Shown here: piece by piece, positions 9,739-20,015 of the stretch
Layout: every line of letters starts with the position of its first letter
Numbering within the stretch: position 1 is the stretch's first letter
Assembly: GCA_963717865.1 (NCBI GenBank)
Contig: CAVQXL010000005.1
Span: forward strand, 408,255 to 472,254
Origin: Candidatus Aminicenantes bacterium
GTDB taxonomy: Bacteria > Acidobacteriota > Aminicenantia > Aminicenantales > Saccharicenantaceae
Direction: 5' to 3'
DNA length: 64,000 nt
Program-made: the position numbers and the translations under genes
The notes under the pieces: generated by a model
What the model was told of the DNA's origin: nothing
What the model saw: only the letters and a program-made list of their open reading frames with translations
Databases searched by the model: none

Positions 9739-10470
9739 TCAAGGCTCCGGGCTTTTCGCGGTCCAAAAGTCCCTGAATAGCGGGGCCAGCATCGGGATGA
9801 AAACGAGCCAGCCCGCTCCGAGGGCCGGTCCGAGCCCCAACTGCGGCTGGACGACGCGGACGACCGCCATCATCGGGATCATCGCGAACATGAAATCCGG
9901 CATCGCCCGGCACACCGAGCCGAGGCTCGTCCGCGATTCGTAGGACGCGACGACGCCGACCATGGGGAACATGGTCATGAACCCCTGGAGGAATCGCTTC
10001 ATCAGGATCAGCGTCAGGATGACGCCGGCGATGATCGGGAACTTGATCCAGGGCGGAAGATGGCTCCGGTGGCCCGGTTCGTCGTGCCTGGGAAAGAGGG
10101 CGTGGGCCGCCGCCGCCACGCCCAGGCTGAGGGCGCAGGCGATCCAGAACGCCGCGGGCGTAAGGGGCAGGACATTCCGCAGAAGGGCGCCCACGCCGCA
10201 ATAGCCGGCCGCCGACAGGATGATCGCCGGAATGATGGGCATGCCGGCGCGGACGTGGAGAAGGCGGACGGCATGCGTATAGAGCCAAAAGGAGGTTCAA
10301 AGCCACGACATGGGTCGTGTTGACCGGAGCTCCCAGGGCGAGCGAGGCCAGGGTGAAGGGGATCGGCAGGACCATGATCAGCGCCTTCCATTTCGGATGG
10401 CGAACATAGGCGAGGAGCGTCGCCTGGACGCTGACGATCGAGAGAAGGGCCAGGTCCCAGAAACCCGAGA
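9739..10470 (-). pseudogene. Hypothetical polytopic membrane protein, one frame break; start not resolved
   Basis: Hydrophobic helices are read in the tail of listed ORF 9626..11458 (..FWDLALLSIVSVQATLLAYV..MVLPIPFTLASLALG..). They continue in ORF 9739..10242 (..LYTHAVRLLHVRAGMPIIPAIILSAAGY..). The join lies at the TTTT run near 10285. Confidence 0.4.
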
Positions 10471-10475
10471 GGCGA

Positions 10476-11458
10476 TCACGGCCGCTTCCCGAACCAGAGC
10501 TTTTCGGCGTTTCCGGAGGCGACCAGGCGCCGGACGGGGGGCGAGAGGCTTCGCAGTAAGCTGTTGTAGCGGGCCATGGCCACGCCGAGATGATCGAAGT
10601 GGCCGCAGAGATCGCTGCCGAGGCAGAAGCGATCCGGCGTGGCGCCTCGATGATCTCCAACCAGTGCTTCTTGGGCTCGAGGAGGTTGCAGATGACGTCG
10701 TCGTATACGACCCAGGAGATGTCCACATGAAGGCGAGGGTGTTCGTCGAGGAGGGCGGCCACCATTTCGTGGTACTTCTTGTGGAAGACCCGGCGCGAGA
10801 TACCGCAATGGGCCCAGACGATCGTCGTTTTCGGGAAGCGCCCGAGGATTTCCTCGAGCTCGTCGAGGTGCTCGTACTCGTCATGGATGCTCACCGAGGT
10901 GCTGTTCTGATGAACGAGGACGGGGAGGCGTCGGGCGCCGCAGAGCTCGTAGATATCGAAAAGGGCCGGATGATTGATCCGGGCCGTCTCTTCGTTGGTC
11001 ATGTTCGTCAGGTCGTCATGCCGGCAGAGGATCTCGCCGACGCCGCGCCAGAACGGATACTTGTCGAGCATCCGCTCGACGTCCCGGACGGCGTACTTGT
11101 CCGTCGGATTGAAGCCGCAGATGAGCGGGGCGAACCGCTTCCGCGCCGGCGCCGGGAGGCGGAGGTAGGCCTCGGCCAGGATCTCGTCGGTCAGGTGAAA
11201 ATAATAGCACCGGGAGTTGTCGTCCAGATAATAATGGGGCGGATGTTTCTCGAAGGCGTCCCACTTCTTCTTGAGCGGAAGCCCGAAGACGACGGCCTTG
11301 GCGATCCGGCCGGCGTCCATCGCGGCCAGGAGTCCGGCCATCCCGTCGCTCTCCTGGATGAAGTCCACGAAGTGCAGATGCGCGTCGATTATGGGAACGA
11401 CCGGCCTTGTCTCGGCGTGGGACGTGATCTTATGATGAAATTCCGCATGATAGCTCAT
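10476..11458 (-). pseudogene. Metal-dependent amidohydrolase (TIM-barrel, amidohydrolase_2-like), one frame break
   Basis: N-terminal PIIDAHLHF metal-binding motif, then ..VLVHQNS.. and ..VWAHCG... The C-terminal part (..PDRFCLGSDLCGHFDH..NAEKLWFGKRP*) lies in the frame of listed ORF 10476..10808. The break is near 10640. Confidence 0.7.
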
Positions 11459-11660
11459 CGCAGCCTCCAGTCAAGCAACGATGATATCGTCGGCCCCGGC
11501 CCCGGTCAAGGACAATCAAGAGTGTCTGCCGCGGCTTGACCCGTTCGCCGACGCCCCCCGCCTTTCACGGCGGGGACGCGAACGCGAAGCGATCGGGTAC
11601 CCATGCAGCTTTAGGGTTGACGGCCTAGGGCGGCCCTATTATCCCTGACGGCCGGACATT

Positions 11661-12459
11661 ATGGCACGCACTCTCGGGGGCACGATCCTTATCCTTTTGG
11701 CGAGCTTGTTTGCGGTCCCTCCTTTTTCGAGCGCCCAGGAGCCGGCCGATCAGCCCCGGCTTGCCGCCATCCTGAAAAAGTCGGCGGAATATTGCCGGCG
11801 ATTGGAGCAGGCCGCGCTCGATTTCGTCTGCCTCGAGGAGGTGACGGAAGAGACGGTCCATTTCACCCGCGATACCAGGGTCTATCTCTACGATTATCAG
11901 TTCATCAGGAAGAACAAGCAGACGAAGGAAAAGAGAGACCTCATTTCGGTCGACGGCAAAAAGTACTAAAGTGCGGGACTCTTCGCTGCAGACGGTCCAG
12001 TTCCTTTATGAAAACGTCCTCTTCGGGCCGGTCGGACTGCTGAGCGAATCCTGGCAGGAGGTTCATAGTTACAGGCTCGTCGGAGAGGATAAGGTCGGCA
12101 AGGAAAAGGCCGTGGTCATCGAAGCGACGCCCAAACCGGAGCTCACCGAACCTCACCTTTATGGGAGGATCTGGGTCAAAGAGAACGACGGGAGCGTCCT
12201 GAAGATCGTCTGGGACCAAAGATCGCTCCGAAACTTCAAGATGATCGAGGAGTTTGCCAAGAGCCAGAATGCCGAGCCGCAGATCATCGCCTATTCGGAA
12301 TACGGGCGCGAGAAGAACGGGCTCCGCTTCCCCAGCCGCAATTATTCGGAGCAGGGATACATTCTCTCGAGCAAGCATAAGGTCGCGAACGCCCGCATTT
12401 CCGTCGTCTATAAGAAATACAAGTTCTTCACGGTCGAGACGGAAGTCGGTTTCGAGTAA
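11661..12459 (+). pseudogene. Hypothetical secreted protein (LolA-like/lipoprotein-sorting fold is only a guess), split at 11967
   Basis: ORF 11661..11969 (signal peptide ILILLASLFAVPPFSSAQE) stops at TAA. ORF 11971..12459 starts 1 nt later in the next frame. There is no RBS or promoter between them, so this is most simply one gene with a 1-nt indel in ..AAAAAGTACTAAAG... Confidence 0.4.
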
Positions 12460-12497
12460 AAGAGCGATCGAGCTCTGTCGCGCTCCCGGCTCGAAGG

Positions 12498-13946
12498 TCA
12501 CCTTTCCAGTTCCGCGATGATCCTCTTGGCGTTCTCGTTCTTGGGGTCCAGTTCGACCGCTCTCTTATAAGAGGCGAGGGCGTTGGCCTTATCCCCCCGG
12601 GTCAAATACCCTTCGCCCAGACTGTCGTGGGCGTTGCCGCTGTCGGGGAAGACCTCGACGTTCTTCAGGAACACGGTGATCGCCTCGTCCACTCGCCTTG
12701 ACCTGAGGAGCTCGTATCCCAGCTCGTTCAATTCATGTTCGCCGAAGCTGTATTCCCTGCCGCGCTCGTTCTTCAGCCGGTCGTACAGGCGCATGGCATC
12801 GGCCACGCCGGCCCGGTTCACCTCCCGGAAGATCTCCCGGGCGATCGATCTTCGGGGCAACGCATAAGGGGTTCCGTTCAGGATCGCGAGCAGGCTGTCG
12901 GAGATCTCCTTCCCGGGCGTGTTCTGGGTGTTGTTCAGGAGCACGACGACCTGGTCTTTTTCCGGAAGGCTCAGGAAGTACGTATTGACGCCGAAGATCC
13001 CGCCTTCGTGCGAGGTGACCTTGAGCTTTCTCCCGTCCTTGTCCGGGACGTCCCTGATGGTCCAGCCATAGCCGTAATGCATGGTTTTGAACGCCGGGAA
13101 ATAGGGCGTGAACATCATCTCCAGGTATTCCTTCTTCAGCAGGCTCTCGCCCATCAGCGCCTGGTGGAATTTCATCAGGTCGTGGGCGTTGGAGTACATC
13201 TGCCCGGCCGAGAACGTCCAGGAGCGGTCCCAATAGGGAGCGATCTCGAACGAACCGTCGAGCTTTCGGGTATAGCCGGTCATCTTTTTGGGGATCGACA
13301 GACGGTTGTAATCCAGGCCGCTGTGGGTCATCCCGCACGGGACCAGGATCCTGTCCCGCAGGGCTTCCTCGAAGGTCATTCCGGACGCTTTTTCGATGAT
13401 GGCGCCGAGAATGACATAGCCGGAATTGTTGTATTTGAACGTCGACCCCGGCTCGAATTCGAGATCGCGACTGCAGTATTTCTTGATGAAGTCCTCCAGG
13501 TTTCCCATGGGTTCGCGGGCCCCGGCGGTCATGAACCCGGACAGCTCCAGAAAATTGGGGATGCCCGACGAGTGGGTCAGCAGATGGTGAACGGTCACCT
13601 TCCCGCCGATATCTTTCCTGTAATAGGGGAGGAAATCGGAGATCTTGTCGTCGAGCTTCAATTTCCCTTCCTGGACCAGCCGCATGGTCAGGGTCCCGGT
13701 GAACACCTTGGTGATGGAGGCGATATTGAAGACGCCTTCGGGCCGGTTGGGGACCTCCCATTCCCGGTTGGCGAAGCCGAAGCCGTTCTCGTACACGATC
13801 TTCCCCTTTTCCGCGACCAATACCGTCCCCATGAACTGCTCGGCGTCGAAATAGGCCTTCATCAGGTCATTCATCTTTTGTGCCGGCGGTTGGGCTTGGG
13901 CGCCCAGGGCAAGCGCCACGCACAGGGATCCTAACAGCTTCTTCAT
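12498..13946 (-). CDS. Beta-lactamase-fold serine hydrolase with C-terminal TPR domain
   Basis: Listed ORF 12498..14243. The realistic start is ATG 13946 (GGAG RBS, signal peptide MKKLLGSLCVALALGAQA). SxxK motif ASITK. The C-terminal ~110 aa form TPR-like repeats (..AHDSLGEGYLTRGDKANALASYKRAVELDP..). Confidence 0.85.
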   Translation of the reverse strand: MKKLLGSLCVALALGAQAQPPAQKMNDLMKAYFDAEQFMGTVLVAEKGKIVYENGFGFANREWEVPNRPEGVFNIASITKVFTGTLTMRLVQEGKLKLDDKISDFLPYYRKDIGGKVTVHHLLTHSSGIPNFLELSGFMTAGAREPMGNLEDFIKKYCSRDLEFEPGSTFKYNNSGYVILGAIIEKASGMTFEEALRDRILVPCGMTHSGLDYNRLSIPKKMTGYTRKLDGSFEIAPYWDRSWTFSAGQMYSNAHDLMKFHQALMGESLLKKEYLEMMFTPYFPAFKTMHYGYGWTIRDVPDKDGRKLKVTSHEGGIFGVNTYFLSLPEKDQVVVLLNNTQNTPGKEISDSLLAILNGTPYALPRRSIAREIFREVNRAGVADAMRLYDRLKNERGREYSFGEHELNELGYELLRSRRVDEAITVFLKNVEVFPDSGNAHDSLGEGYLTRGDKANALASYKRAVELDPKNENAKRIIAELER

Positions 13947-13966
13947 TGAGATCTCCTTCGACTCCT

Positions 13967-14548
13967 TCAGGGATTCTTCCGCTTTGCGAGCAGAGGCAGT
14001 GTCAGGATGAAGTACTGGACGCCGGAGGCGACGGTGGCTATCACCGTCGTGTCGTAGGCCCACCGGAGCAGAGGGGACGCGATCCCCCGGGCGTTCAGGA
14101 TGAGGACGGCGAGGATCGTCAGGACCTGGGTCACGGTGCTGACCTTTCCCAGCTGGGTCGGGAAGAAGGCCTTCTGCCCTTTCCACCACAGAAGCGTAAG
14201 GGCGCCCACCGCGATCAGGACATCCCTCCCTATGACGATGCATACCACCATGAGGGGGATGGCATTGGGACGGCTGACCTGGTCAAGCCCCAGAAGGACG
14301 AAAGCCGAAGTCAGGAGGAGCTTGTCGGCGACCGGATCGAGCCAGAGGCCGAGCCTCGACTTCTGGTTCCAGAGCCTGGCCGCGAGGCCGTCGAGGACGT
14401 CCGTCAGCCCGGCGAGGAGGAAGACGAGGAAGGCGTCCCTGGCCCGGCCCGCGAGCATCATCCGGACGAACACGGGAACGAGCAGGACCCTGGACAGGGT
14501 CAGGAGATTGGGCGGGAGGGACATTTCCTTCCAGAACTTCGCGCTCAT
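13967..14548 (-). CDS. pgsA: CDP-diacylglycerol--glycerol-3-phosphate 3-phosphatidyltransferase
   Basis: Start ATG 14548 lies inside listed ORF 13967..14929. N-terminus is LPPNLLTLSRVLLVP. CDP-alcohol phosphatidyltransferase motif DVLDGLAARLWNQKSRLGLWLDPVADK. Length is about 193 aa. Confidence 0.8.
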   Translation of the reverse strand: MSAKFWKEMSLPPNLLTLSRVLLVPVFVRMMLAGRARDAFLVFLLAGLTDVLDGLAARLWNQKSRLGLWLDPVADKLLLTSAFVLLGLDQVSRPNAIPLMVVCIVIGRDVLIAVGALTLLWWKGQKAFFPTQLGKVSTVTQVLTILAVLILNARGIASPLLRWAYDTTVIATVASGVQYFILTLPLLAKRKNP

Positions 14549-14577
14549 GTCTTCCTTTTCGTTCTCTTCCTTCGGCC

Positions 14578-15900
14578 CTACTTCATCAGCTCCAGGACGA
14601 CGTCCAGCGCGCCGATGGCCTCCTGGCCGGCGACCACCGCGTCCGGCCTGAACGTCCTCTGCGGCCCCAGGTCCATGATCTGGTACGCTACGATCTGTAC
14701 GATCGGCGCGTGGAAATAGTTCTCGGGCGGGACGTCGGAGATCTGGACCCGGTCCGGGGACATCTGCGGCGTGAACCTGTAGCCCTTGTTCTTCAGGAAA
14801 TTGACCAGCCGGACCAGCGTCTCGGCCAGCTCGGCCCGGTTGATGATCTTCTTCGGCAGGAACGTGTGGTTCTCGTAGGATTCCATGACGCCCAGGGCCG
14901 TGGCCTTGAGGATGAACCGGGAGGCCCACGACGTCGCGATGTCGACGAATATGGGCGGCGTCGCCTCGTCTCCGTTGAGGACCTTCCTGAACTTCACGGC
15001 GACCAGGGCGGCCAGCTCCTCCCGGGAGATGGCCGTCGAGGCCGGGATGTCGTTGTAGAGGCTCGGCAGCTCGTAGATCCCGAGCCTGTTCTTCAGGCTC
15101 TCGATGCGGTCGCGGACGGCCTTGTCCTTCGGGCTCGCCTCGGCCAGGAGCTCGTAAACGTCCAGGCTCCGGCCGAACTGCTCGTCCTCGTACAGGGTTT
15201 CGGCATATTCCTTCAGGATGGCCTTGTCCTTGGAGGCGCCGGCGCTCGCGGCCTTGTAATGGAGGGCGGCGCTCGCCGCGTTCTTCTCCTGCCTGTAGAT
15301 CCTGGCCAGGTCGAGGTTGGCCTCGACGGATTCGGGCGTGTAAAAGAGGGCCGAGAGGTAGGCTTTCTTGCCGCCCTCGGGGTCGCCGATCTCGACGGCC
15401 CGTCGTCCTTCGGCCATGAACTGCTCGGTTTTCTGCTCCCGCAGGGCCTCGAACCGGGGTTTTGCCCAGGCGTGGTCCGGTTCCAGCTTGAGGACCTCCC
15501 GGTACCGGGAATAAGCCTGATCGTCGTCGCCCCGGGCCAGGGCGACCTGGGCCAGGCCCACTTGGGCCAGGACGAGCCCGGGATCGAGCCTCAGGGCGTC
15601 CTTGAAGCCCTGTTCGGCGGCCTGGAGGTCCTGGGCCTGCAAGGCGAGGAATCCCCGGCCGAGCCGGGAGACGGGATTATCCGGTCCGAGCTTGGCGAAC
15701 GCCTTCCCGGCCCTTTCGCTCCTGCCGGTCCGGAGGTCGTTCCAGGCTTCCTCGGCGGCGATCCGCTGTTCGAGCGTCATTTCCGTCGTGAGGGATTGGG
15801 GAAGATCCTCCACGTAGAAAGCGGGCGGGAGGGGCTCGAACGTGGCGCAGGACCAGGCCAGGGCGGCGAGGGCGGCGACGACGAGGATCTTCTTTACCAT
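14578..15900 (-). CDS. Lipoprotein with TPR repeats and two C-terminal SLH (S-layer homology) domains
   Basis: Lipobox AALAWSC. The central region has TPR-like repeats. The C-terminus has FVDIATSWASRFILKATALGVMESYENHTFLPKKIINRAELAETLVRL and a second, weaker copy. Both fit the SLH pattern F-x-D-x3-hWA..I..G...Y..xxFxP...ixRAE. Confidence 0.65.
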   Translation of the reverse strand: MVKKILVVAALAALAWSCATFEPLPPAFYVEDLPQSLTTEMTLEQRIAAEEAWNDLRTGRSERAGKAFAKLGPDNPVSRLGRGFLALQAQDLQAAEQGFKDALRLDPGLVLAQVGLAQVALARGDDDQAYSRYREVLKLEPDHAWAKPRFEALREQKTEQFMAEGRRAVEIGDPEGGKKAYLSALFYTPESVEANLDLARIYRQEKNAASAALHYKAASAGASKDKAILKEYAETLYEDEQFGRSLDVYELLAEASPKDKAVRDRIESLKNRLGIYELPSLYNDIPASTAISREELAALVAVKFRKVLNGDEATPPIFVDIATSWASRFILKATALGVMESYENHTFLPKKIINRAELAETLVRLVNFLKNKGYRFTPQMSPDRVQISDVPPENYFHAPIVQIVAYQIMDLGPQRTFRPDAVVAGQEAIGALDVVLELMK

Positions 15901-17177
15901 GGGTCTTCTCCTTGCCTCAGGTAGGGGAGATAGTTGGCGACGACCGCCGGGTCGGCCATGACCTGGAACTCCAGGCCGCCGTCCCGCTCACGCCTCTTCA
16001 GGATCAGCGAGCGCTGGGGCAGGGACCGCACCAGGTCCTCGCGCTCCGCCGGGATATGGAACGTGAAGGAGCGGTGGTCGCGGAAAAGGATCTCCCGGAG
16101 CCTCTCCATCAGGTCCCCCGTCCCTTCCCCCGTCAGGGCCGAAATATAGAGGCTCTTGGCATCCTTGGCCCCGTTCCGCCGGAGAAGGTCCGTTCGTTCG
16201 GCTTCGGCCATGAGGTCGATCTTATTGAAGACCCGGACCACCGGGACGTCCCTGACGCCGATCCGGGCCAGGACGCCGTCGACGGCCGCGGCCTGGTCCC
16301 GGGCGCGGGGGCTCGTCGCGTCGATGATGTGGCAGACGGCGTCGGCCTCGCGGACCTCGTCCAGGGTGGCCTGGAACGACGTCACCAGCTCGGCGGGGAG
16401 CTTCCGGATGAAGCCGACCGTATCCGAGAGGAAGAAGTACAGGCCGTCCGGGTAGGAGACCCGGCGCAGGAGCGGGTCGAGGGTCGCGAAGAGGTTGGGC
16501 GACGTGTACCGCCGCTCCTTGGTCAGGGTATTGAACAGGGTGGACTTTCCGGCGCTCGTGTACCCGACCAGGGAGACTGTGGGAACGGGGCTCTTCCGGC
16601 GGCTCTCCCTCTGGCCGGCGCGGCGCTTCTGGATGGCCACGATATCCTTCCGGACCTTCGCGATCTTGTCGTTGATCCTCCGGCGCTCTTCCTCGAGCTT
16701 TTTCTCGCCGGGCCCTCGGGTCCGGATGCCGGCGCCCGCGCTGCTGCCGCCCAGCCGGGACATGGCGATGCCCTTGCCCACCAGGCGGGGGAGGAGATAG
16801 GACAGCTGGGCCATCTCGACCTGGAGCTTGCCTTCGTTCGTCCGCGCCCTCTGGCCGAAGATCTCGAGGATGAGCTGGGTCCGGTCGATGACCTTGGCCC
16901 CGATCTCCTCCTCGAGGTTCCTCTGCTGGATAGGCGTCAGGTTGTGGTCGAAGATGACGAGGCTGGCCCCGAGCTGTTTCCTCAGTCCCTTGACCTCGTC
17001 GACCTTGCCCGCGCCGAGAAAGCTCCGGGCGCTCGCCCGGGGCCGGTTCTGGAAGACGGTCCCGACCACCTTGGCTCCGTCGGCGGACGCCAGCCCGGCG
17101 AGCTCGGCCATGGAGTCGTGGGCCTCCTCCTTCTCTTTCTTGGTCGTGGCCAGGTTGACGAGGATCGCTTTATCCAT
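15894..17177 (-). CDS. hflX: GTPase HflX
   Basis: Intact 427-aa ORF. It has an HflX N-terminal domain, G1 GYTSAGKSTLFN, G3 DTVGFI and G4 NKID. Confidence 0.9.
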   Translation of the reverse strand: MDKAILVNLATTKKEKEEAHDSMAELAGLASADGAKVVGTVFQNRPRASARSFLGAGKVDEVKGLRKQLGASLVIFDHNLTPIQQRNLEEEIGAKVIDRTQLILEIFGQRARTNEGKLQVEMAQLSYLLPRLVGKGIAMSRLGGSSAGAGIRTRGPGEKKLEEERRRINDKIAKVRKDIVAIQKRRAGQRESRRKSPVPTVSLVGYTSAGKSTLFNTLTKERRYTSPNLFATLDPLLRRVSYPDGLYFFLSDTVGFIRKLPAELVTSFQATLDEVREADAVCHIIDATSPRARDQAAAVDGVLARIGVRDVPVVRVFNKIDLMAEAERTDLLRRNGAKDAKSLYISALTGEGTGDLMERLREILFRDHRSFTFHIPAEREDLVRSLPQRSLILKRRERDGGLEFQVMADPAVVANYLPYLRQGEDPW

Positions 17178-17182
17178 GGGGC

Positions 17183-18106
17183 CTATTGTATGTTTTTTCC
17201 TACGTGGTCCTCAAGGGCCGGCTTATCGTCGGGCGCAAACCAGGAGATCCCGGTCATCTTCCGGAACCACGTCATCTGGCGCTTGGCGTAGCGCCGGGTC
17301 TCGCGCTTGACCAGGTCCAGGGCTTCGTCAAGGCCGATCTCGTTCCGGAGGAAGCTCAGGACCTGCCTGTATCCCAGGCCCTTGAACGCCGGCGCGTCGG
17401 CCGGGATGCCCCGGGCGAGGAGCTGCTCCACTTCTTCGACCAGCCCGGCGGCGAACATCCGGTCGACGCGCTCCTCGATCCGCCGGACCAGGGTGGGCCG
17501 GTCGAGCTCGAGGCCTATCCGGACCTGGCGCCGGTCCCCGACGAAGGACTCCGTACTGCGGAAGTGCTCCGAGATGGGTTTTCCGGTCGTTTCGAAGACC
17601 TCGAGGGCCCGGACGATCCGGATCCGGTCGCGCGCCCTGATCTTTCGGGCATAGGCGGGATCGACGGCCTCCAGCCGGCGGAAAAGGGCTTCGAGCCCGT
17701 CCTTCGCCGCTTCTTCCTCCAGCCGGCGCCGGACCTCCGGGTTCCGCCCGGGTCCGGGGAACAGGCCGTCCAGAAGGGCCTTGATATAAAGCCCCGTCCC
17801 CCCGACGACGAACGGGACGCCGCCCCTTCCTTCGATCCCCTTCATCGCCGCAAGGGCGCCGGCGACGAAATCGGCGGCCGTGAACTGGTCCCCGGGTTCG
17901 GCGACGTCCAGAAGGTGATGGGGGACCGCCCTCCGGTCGGCCGGGGCGGGCTTGTCCGTGCCGATATCGAAGCCTCTGTAGACCTGCATGGAATCGGCGT
18001 TGATGATCTCGCCATGGAACTTCGCGGCCAGGCCGAGCGCCACCCCGCTCTTCCCGACCCCCGTGGGCCCCAGGATGACGACGAGCGGCCGCGTCTCAGA
18101 GTCCAA
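17183..18106 (-). CDS. miaA: tRNA dimethylallyltransferase
   Basis: Intact 307-aa ORF. P-loop GPTGVGKS, DSMQVYRGFDIGTDKP, and a C-terminal RRYAKRQMTWFR. Confidence 0.9.
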   Translation of the reverse strand: MDSETRPLVVILGPTGVGKSGVALGLAAKFHGEIINADSMQVYRGFDIGTDKPAPADRRAVPHHLLDVAEPGDQFTAADFVAGALAAMKGIEGRGGVPFVVGGTGLYIKALLDGLFPGPGRNPEVRRRLEEEAAKDGLEALFRRLEAVDPAYARKIRARDRIRIVRALEVFETTGKPISEHFRSTESFVGDRRQVRIGLELDRPTLVRRIEERVDRMFAAGLVEEVEQLLARGIPADAPAFKGLGYRQVLSFLRNEIGLDEALDLVKRETRRYAKRQMTWFRKMTGISWFAPDDKPALEDHVGKNIQ

Positions 18107-18172
18107 TTTTCCCCAGAAGCCAGAGCGCGAGGGCGGAGACGAGGAAGAGGAGGCCGGCGAGCTGTTTCCTGT

Positions 18173-19269
18173 TCACGGCAGGTCCCCCAGCCGCTCCAGA
18201 CCCTTGACCAGGGCGGATTCGTGCCCGTTCCCGAGGGTCCGCTTGACGGCCAGGACCTCGGCGGCCAGGATCTCGTCGAAGCTCCGGAGGAGGCTCCTCT
18301 TGCCCTCGTCGCTCGAGACGCCCAGGTTCTTCCGGAGGAGGGTTCGGAGCTCGATCCTCCCGTCCGGCTTCACCTGGCAGGATTGGAAGGCCGGGTCGAT
18401 CCGGCCCCGGACCTCTTCCAGGGATTTTTCGATAGACGTTGAGGGCCACCGGGCCGAGCTCCTTCGAGATGTACTTGAAAATGAAGGAACAGCGGTCGTT
18501 GAACGCCTCGAAGAGGCGGTCCATGTCGCCCAGGGAATATTCGGAAGAAGGCCGGTCCCCCTTTTCCGGGGCCAGAAGCCCCAGGACGAGGAGCGCGAAG
18601 AGGGCCCTTTTTGTCTCCTTGCCGCCCAGCGGGCTGATGCGGAGGACTTCGCCGAGGCGGTCGGCCCCGGCCGAGGCGGACAGTACGTACCGTTCGTGCG
18701 GCGCCAGCGCGACCGACTCCCCGTCGCGGGGGGCGAGAAGGCGCAATTTCTCGTCGGGGCCCGGGAGGCCGGCCTCGATGACCGCGAAATTGCCCATCCG
18801 GCGGATCCCTTCCAGGATGAGCCCCGGCAGGCGGACGTCCCGAACCCAGGCGGTCTCGGGCGGGACCTTAGCCGGTCCGAGGTCATAGGTCCCCTCGGTC
18901 CAGTCGAAGACCTCGATGATCCTGTCCCGGGAGAAGATCGTGGCGAGCTCCCAAGCCCGGGCGGCCGGGAGCACCCCTTCCTCGATCAGGCCGCGCATCA
19001 GGCCAGCGGCGTCCCCGTCGGCGAGGGCGTCGACGCGGGCGAGGTCGGCCGGATCCGGCGAGGCCTCGGGAGGCAAGTCCCCTGAGGAAGCCGGGCGCAT
19101 CGAAAGTATCGGGACCGATCGACCACGTCCCCTCTTCGAACGCGAACGTGCGCTCTTCCGGTCCCCGCCGGACGGAGAGACGCCCGCTTCTTTCCTCGCG
19201 CCAGATCAGGCCGAGGAGCTTCGGAAAACAGGTCTCCGCGAGGTCGCCGCGGAATGCGTTCTGATCCAC
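18173..19269 (-). pseudogene. DUF4388 (PATAN-like) domain protein, two frame breaks
   Basis: N-terminal GDLAETCFPKLLGLIWREERSGRLSV is typical of DUF4388. The protein continues through ORFs 18883..19269, 18096..19100 and 18173..18886. Single extra bases lie at ~19077 and ~18434. Confidence 0.6.
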
Positions 19270-19306
19270 GAATGTAATGTAGTGGGGAAGCGGACCGGTG
19301 TCAATG

Positions 19307-20014
19307 CTATTTCATGTACGACATCCCGATGATGCCGAGGACGATGTAGATGACGCTCTTGAGCAGCCAGAAGCCGTAGGCGACGAACAGCGATTTGCGC
19401 AGGCTGATCTTGAAGACGGCCGACAGCCCGATGGCCAGGACGCCGAACATCCAGATCTGGAAGAGGTCGATCTGGCCGAGGATGATATAGGCGGGCGAGG
19501 TCAGCTCGATCTTCGGGAAGAGCATGGCCAGGCTCGTCGACGTCTGCATGACGGACTTCCGGGTCACGATCAGGAACGCGCGGACGGCGTTGCCGAGGAG
19601 CTTGTCGATGAAGCTGGCGTGGACGAGGGCGGCCAGGACCCCGACGTAGTTCCCGGTGGTGGAGACGAACCGTCCGAGCATGAGGAGGATGAGGCTCGAG
19701 AAGAGGAGCCCGATGGCGCCCATGGCGGTGCCCCAGACGACGCTCTTGACGACGGCGCCCGACGGGGAGGCGTTCTCGAGCTTGGCGATCATCTCGGTGT
19801 AGCGCGTCTCGCCCATCCGCTCCTTGAGCTTGGTGTTGTCCTTGAACATCTTGAGCTGGTCGCTCTGGGTGTAGGGCGCGATGATCGCGGAGAAGACGGC
19901 CAGGAGCAGGAGAAGGATGACGAGGGCGTCGATCCAGACCGGCTTCTCGGCCAGGGACCGGAACGTGGGCGTGGGCGAGAAAAAGACCCCTTCGAGGCGC
20001 TTGAAGAACGACAT
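19307..20014 (-). CDS. Yip1-domain multi-pass membrane protein
   Basis: Intact 235-aa ORF. N-terminal ..VFFSPTPTFRSLAEKPVWIDAL.. is followed by several TM helices, the usual bacterial Yip1/DUF1282 layout. The start codon sits 1 nt after the upstream stop. Confidence 0.6.
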   Translation of the reverse strand: MSFFKRLEGVFFSPTPTFRSLAEKPVWIDALVILLLLLAVFSAIIAPYTQSDQLKMFKDNTKLKERMGETRYTEMIAKLENASPSGAVVKSVVWGTAMGAIGLLFSSLILLMLGRFVSTTGNYVGVLAALVHASFIDKLLGNAVRAFLIVTRKSVMQTSTSLAMLFPKIELTSPAYIILGQIDLFQIWMFGVLAIGLSAVFKISLRKSLFVAYGFWLLKSVIYIVLGIIGMSYMK

Positions 20015-20015
20015 G

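Noticed and set aside
17178-17182. miaA and hflX are adjacent with only 5 nt between them and no hfq. Many bacteria have the order miaA-hfq-hflX.
   Set aside because: Absence of hfq at this position is common outside Proteobacteria. It is not informative on its own.
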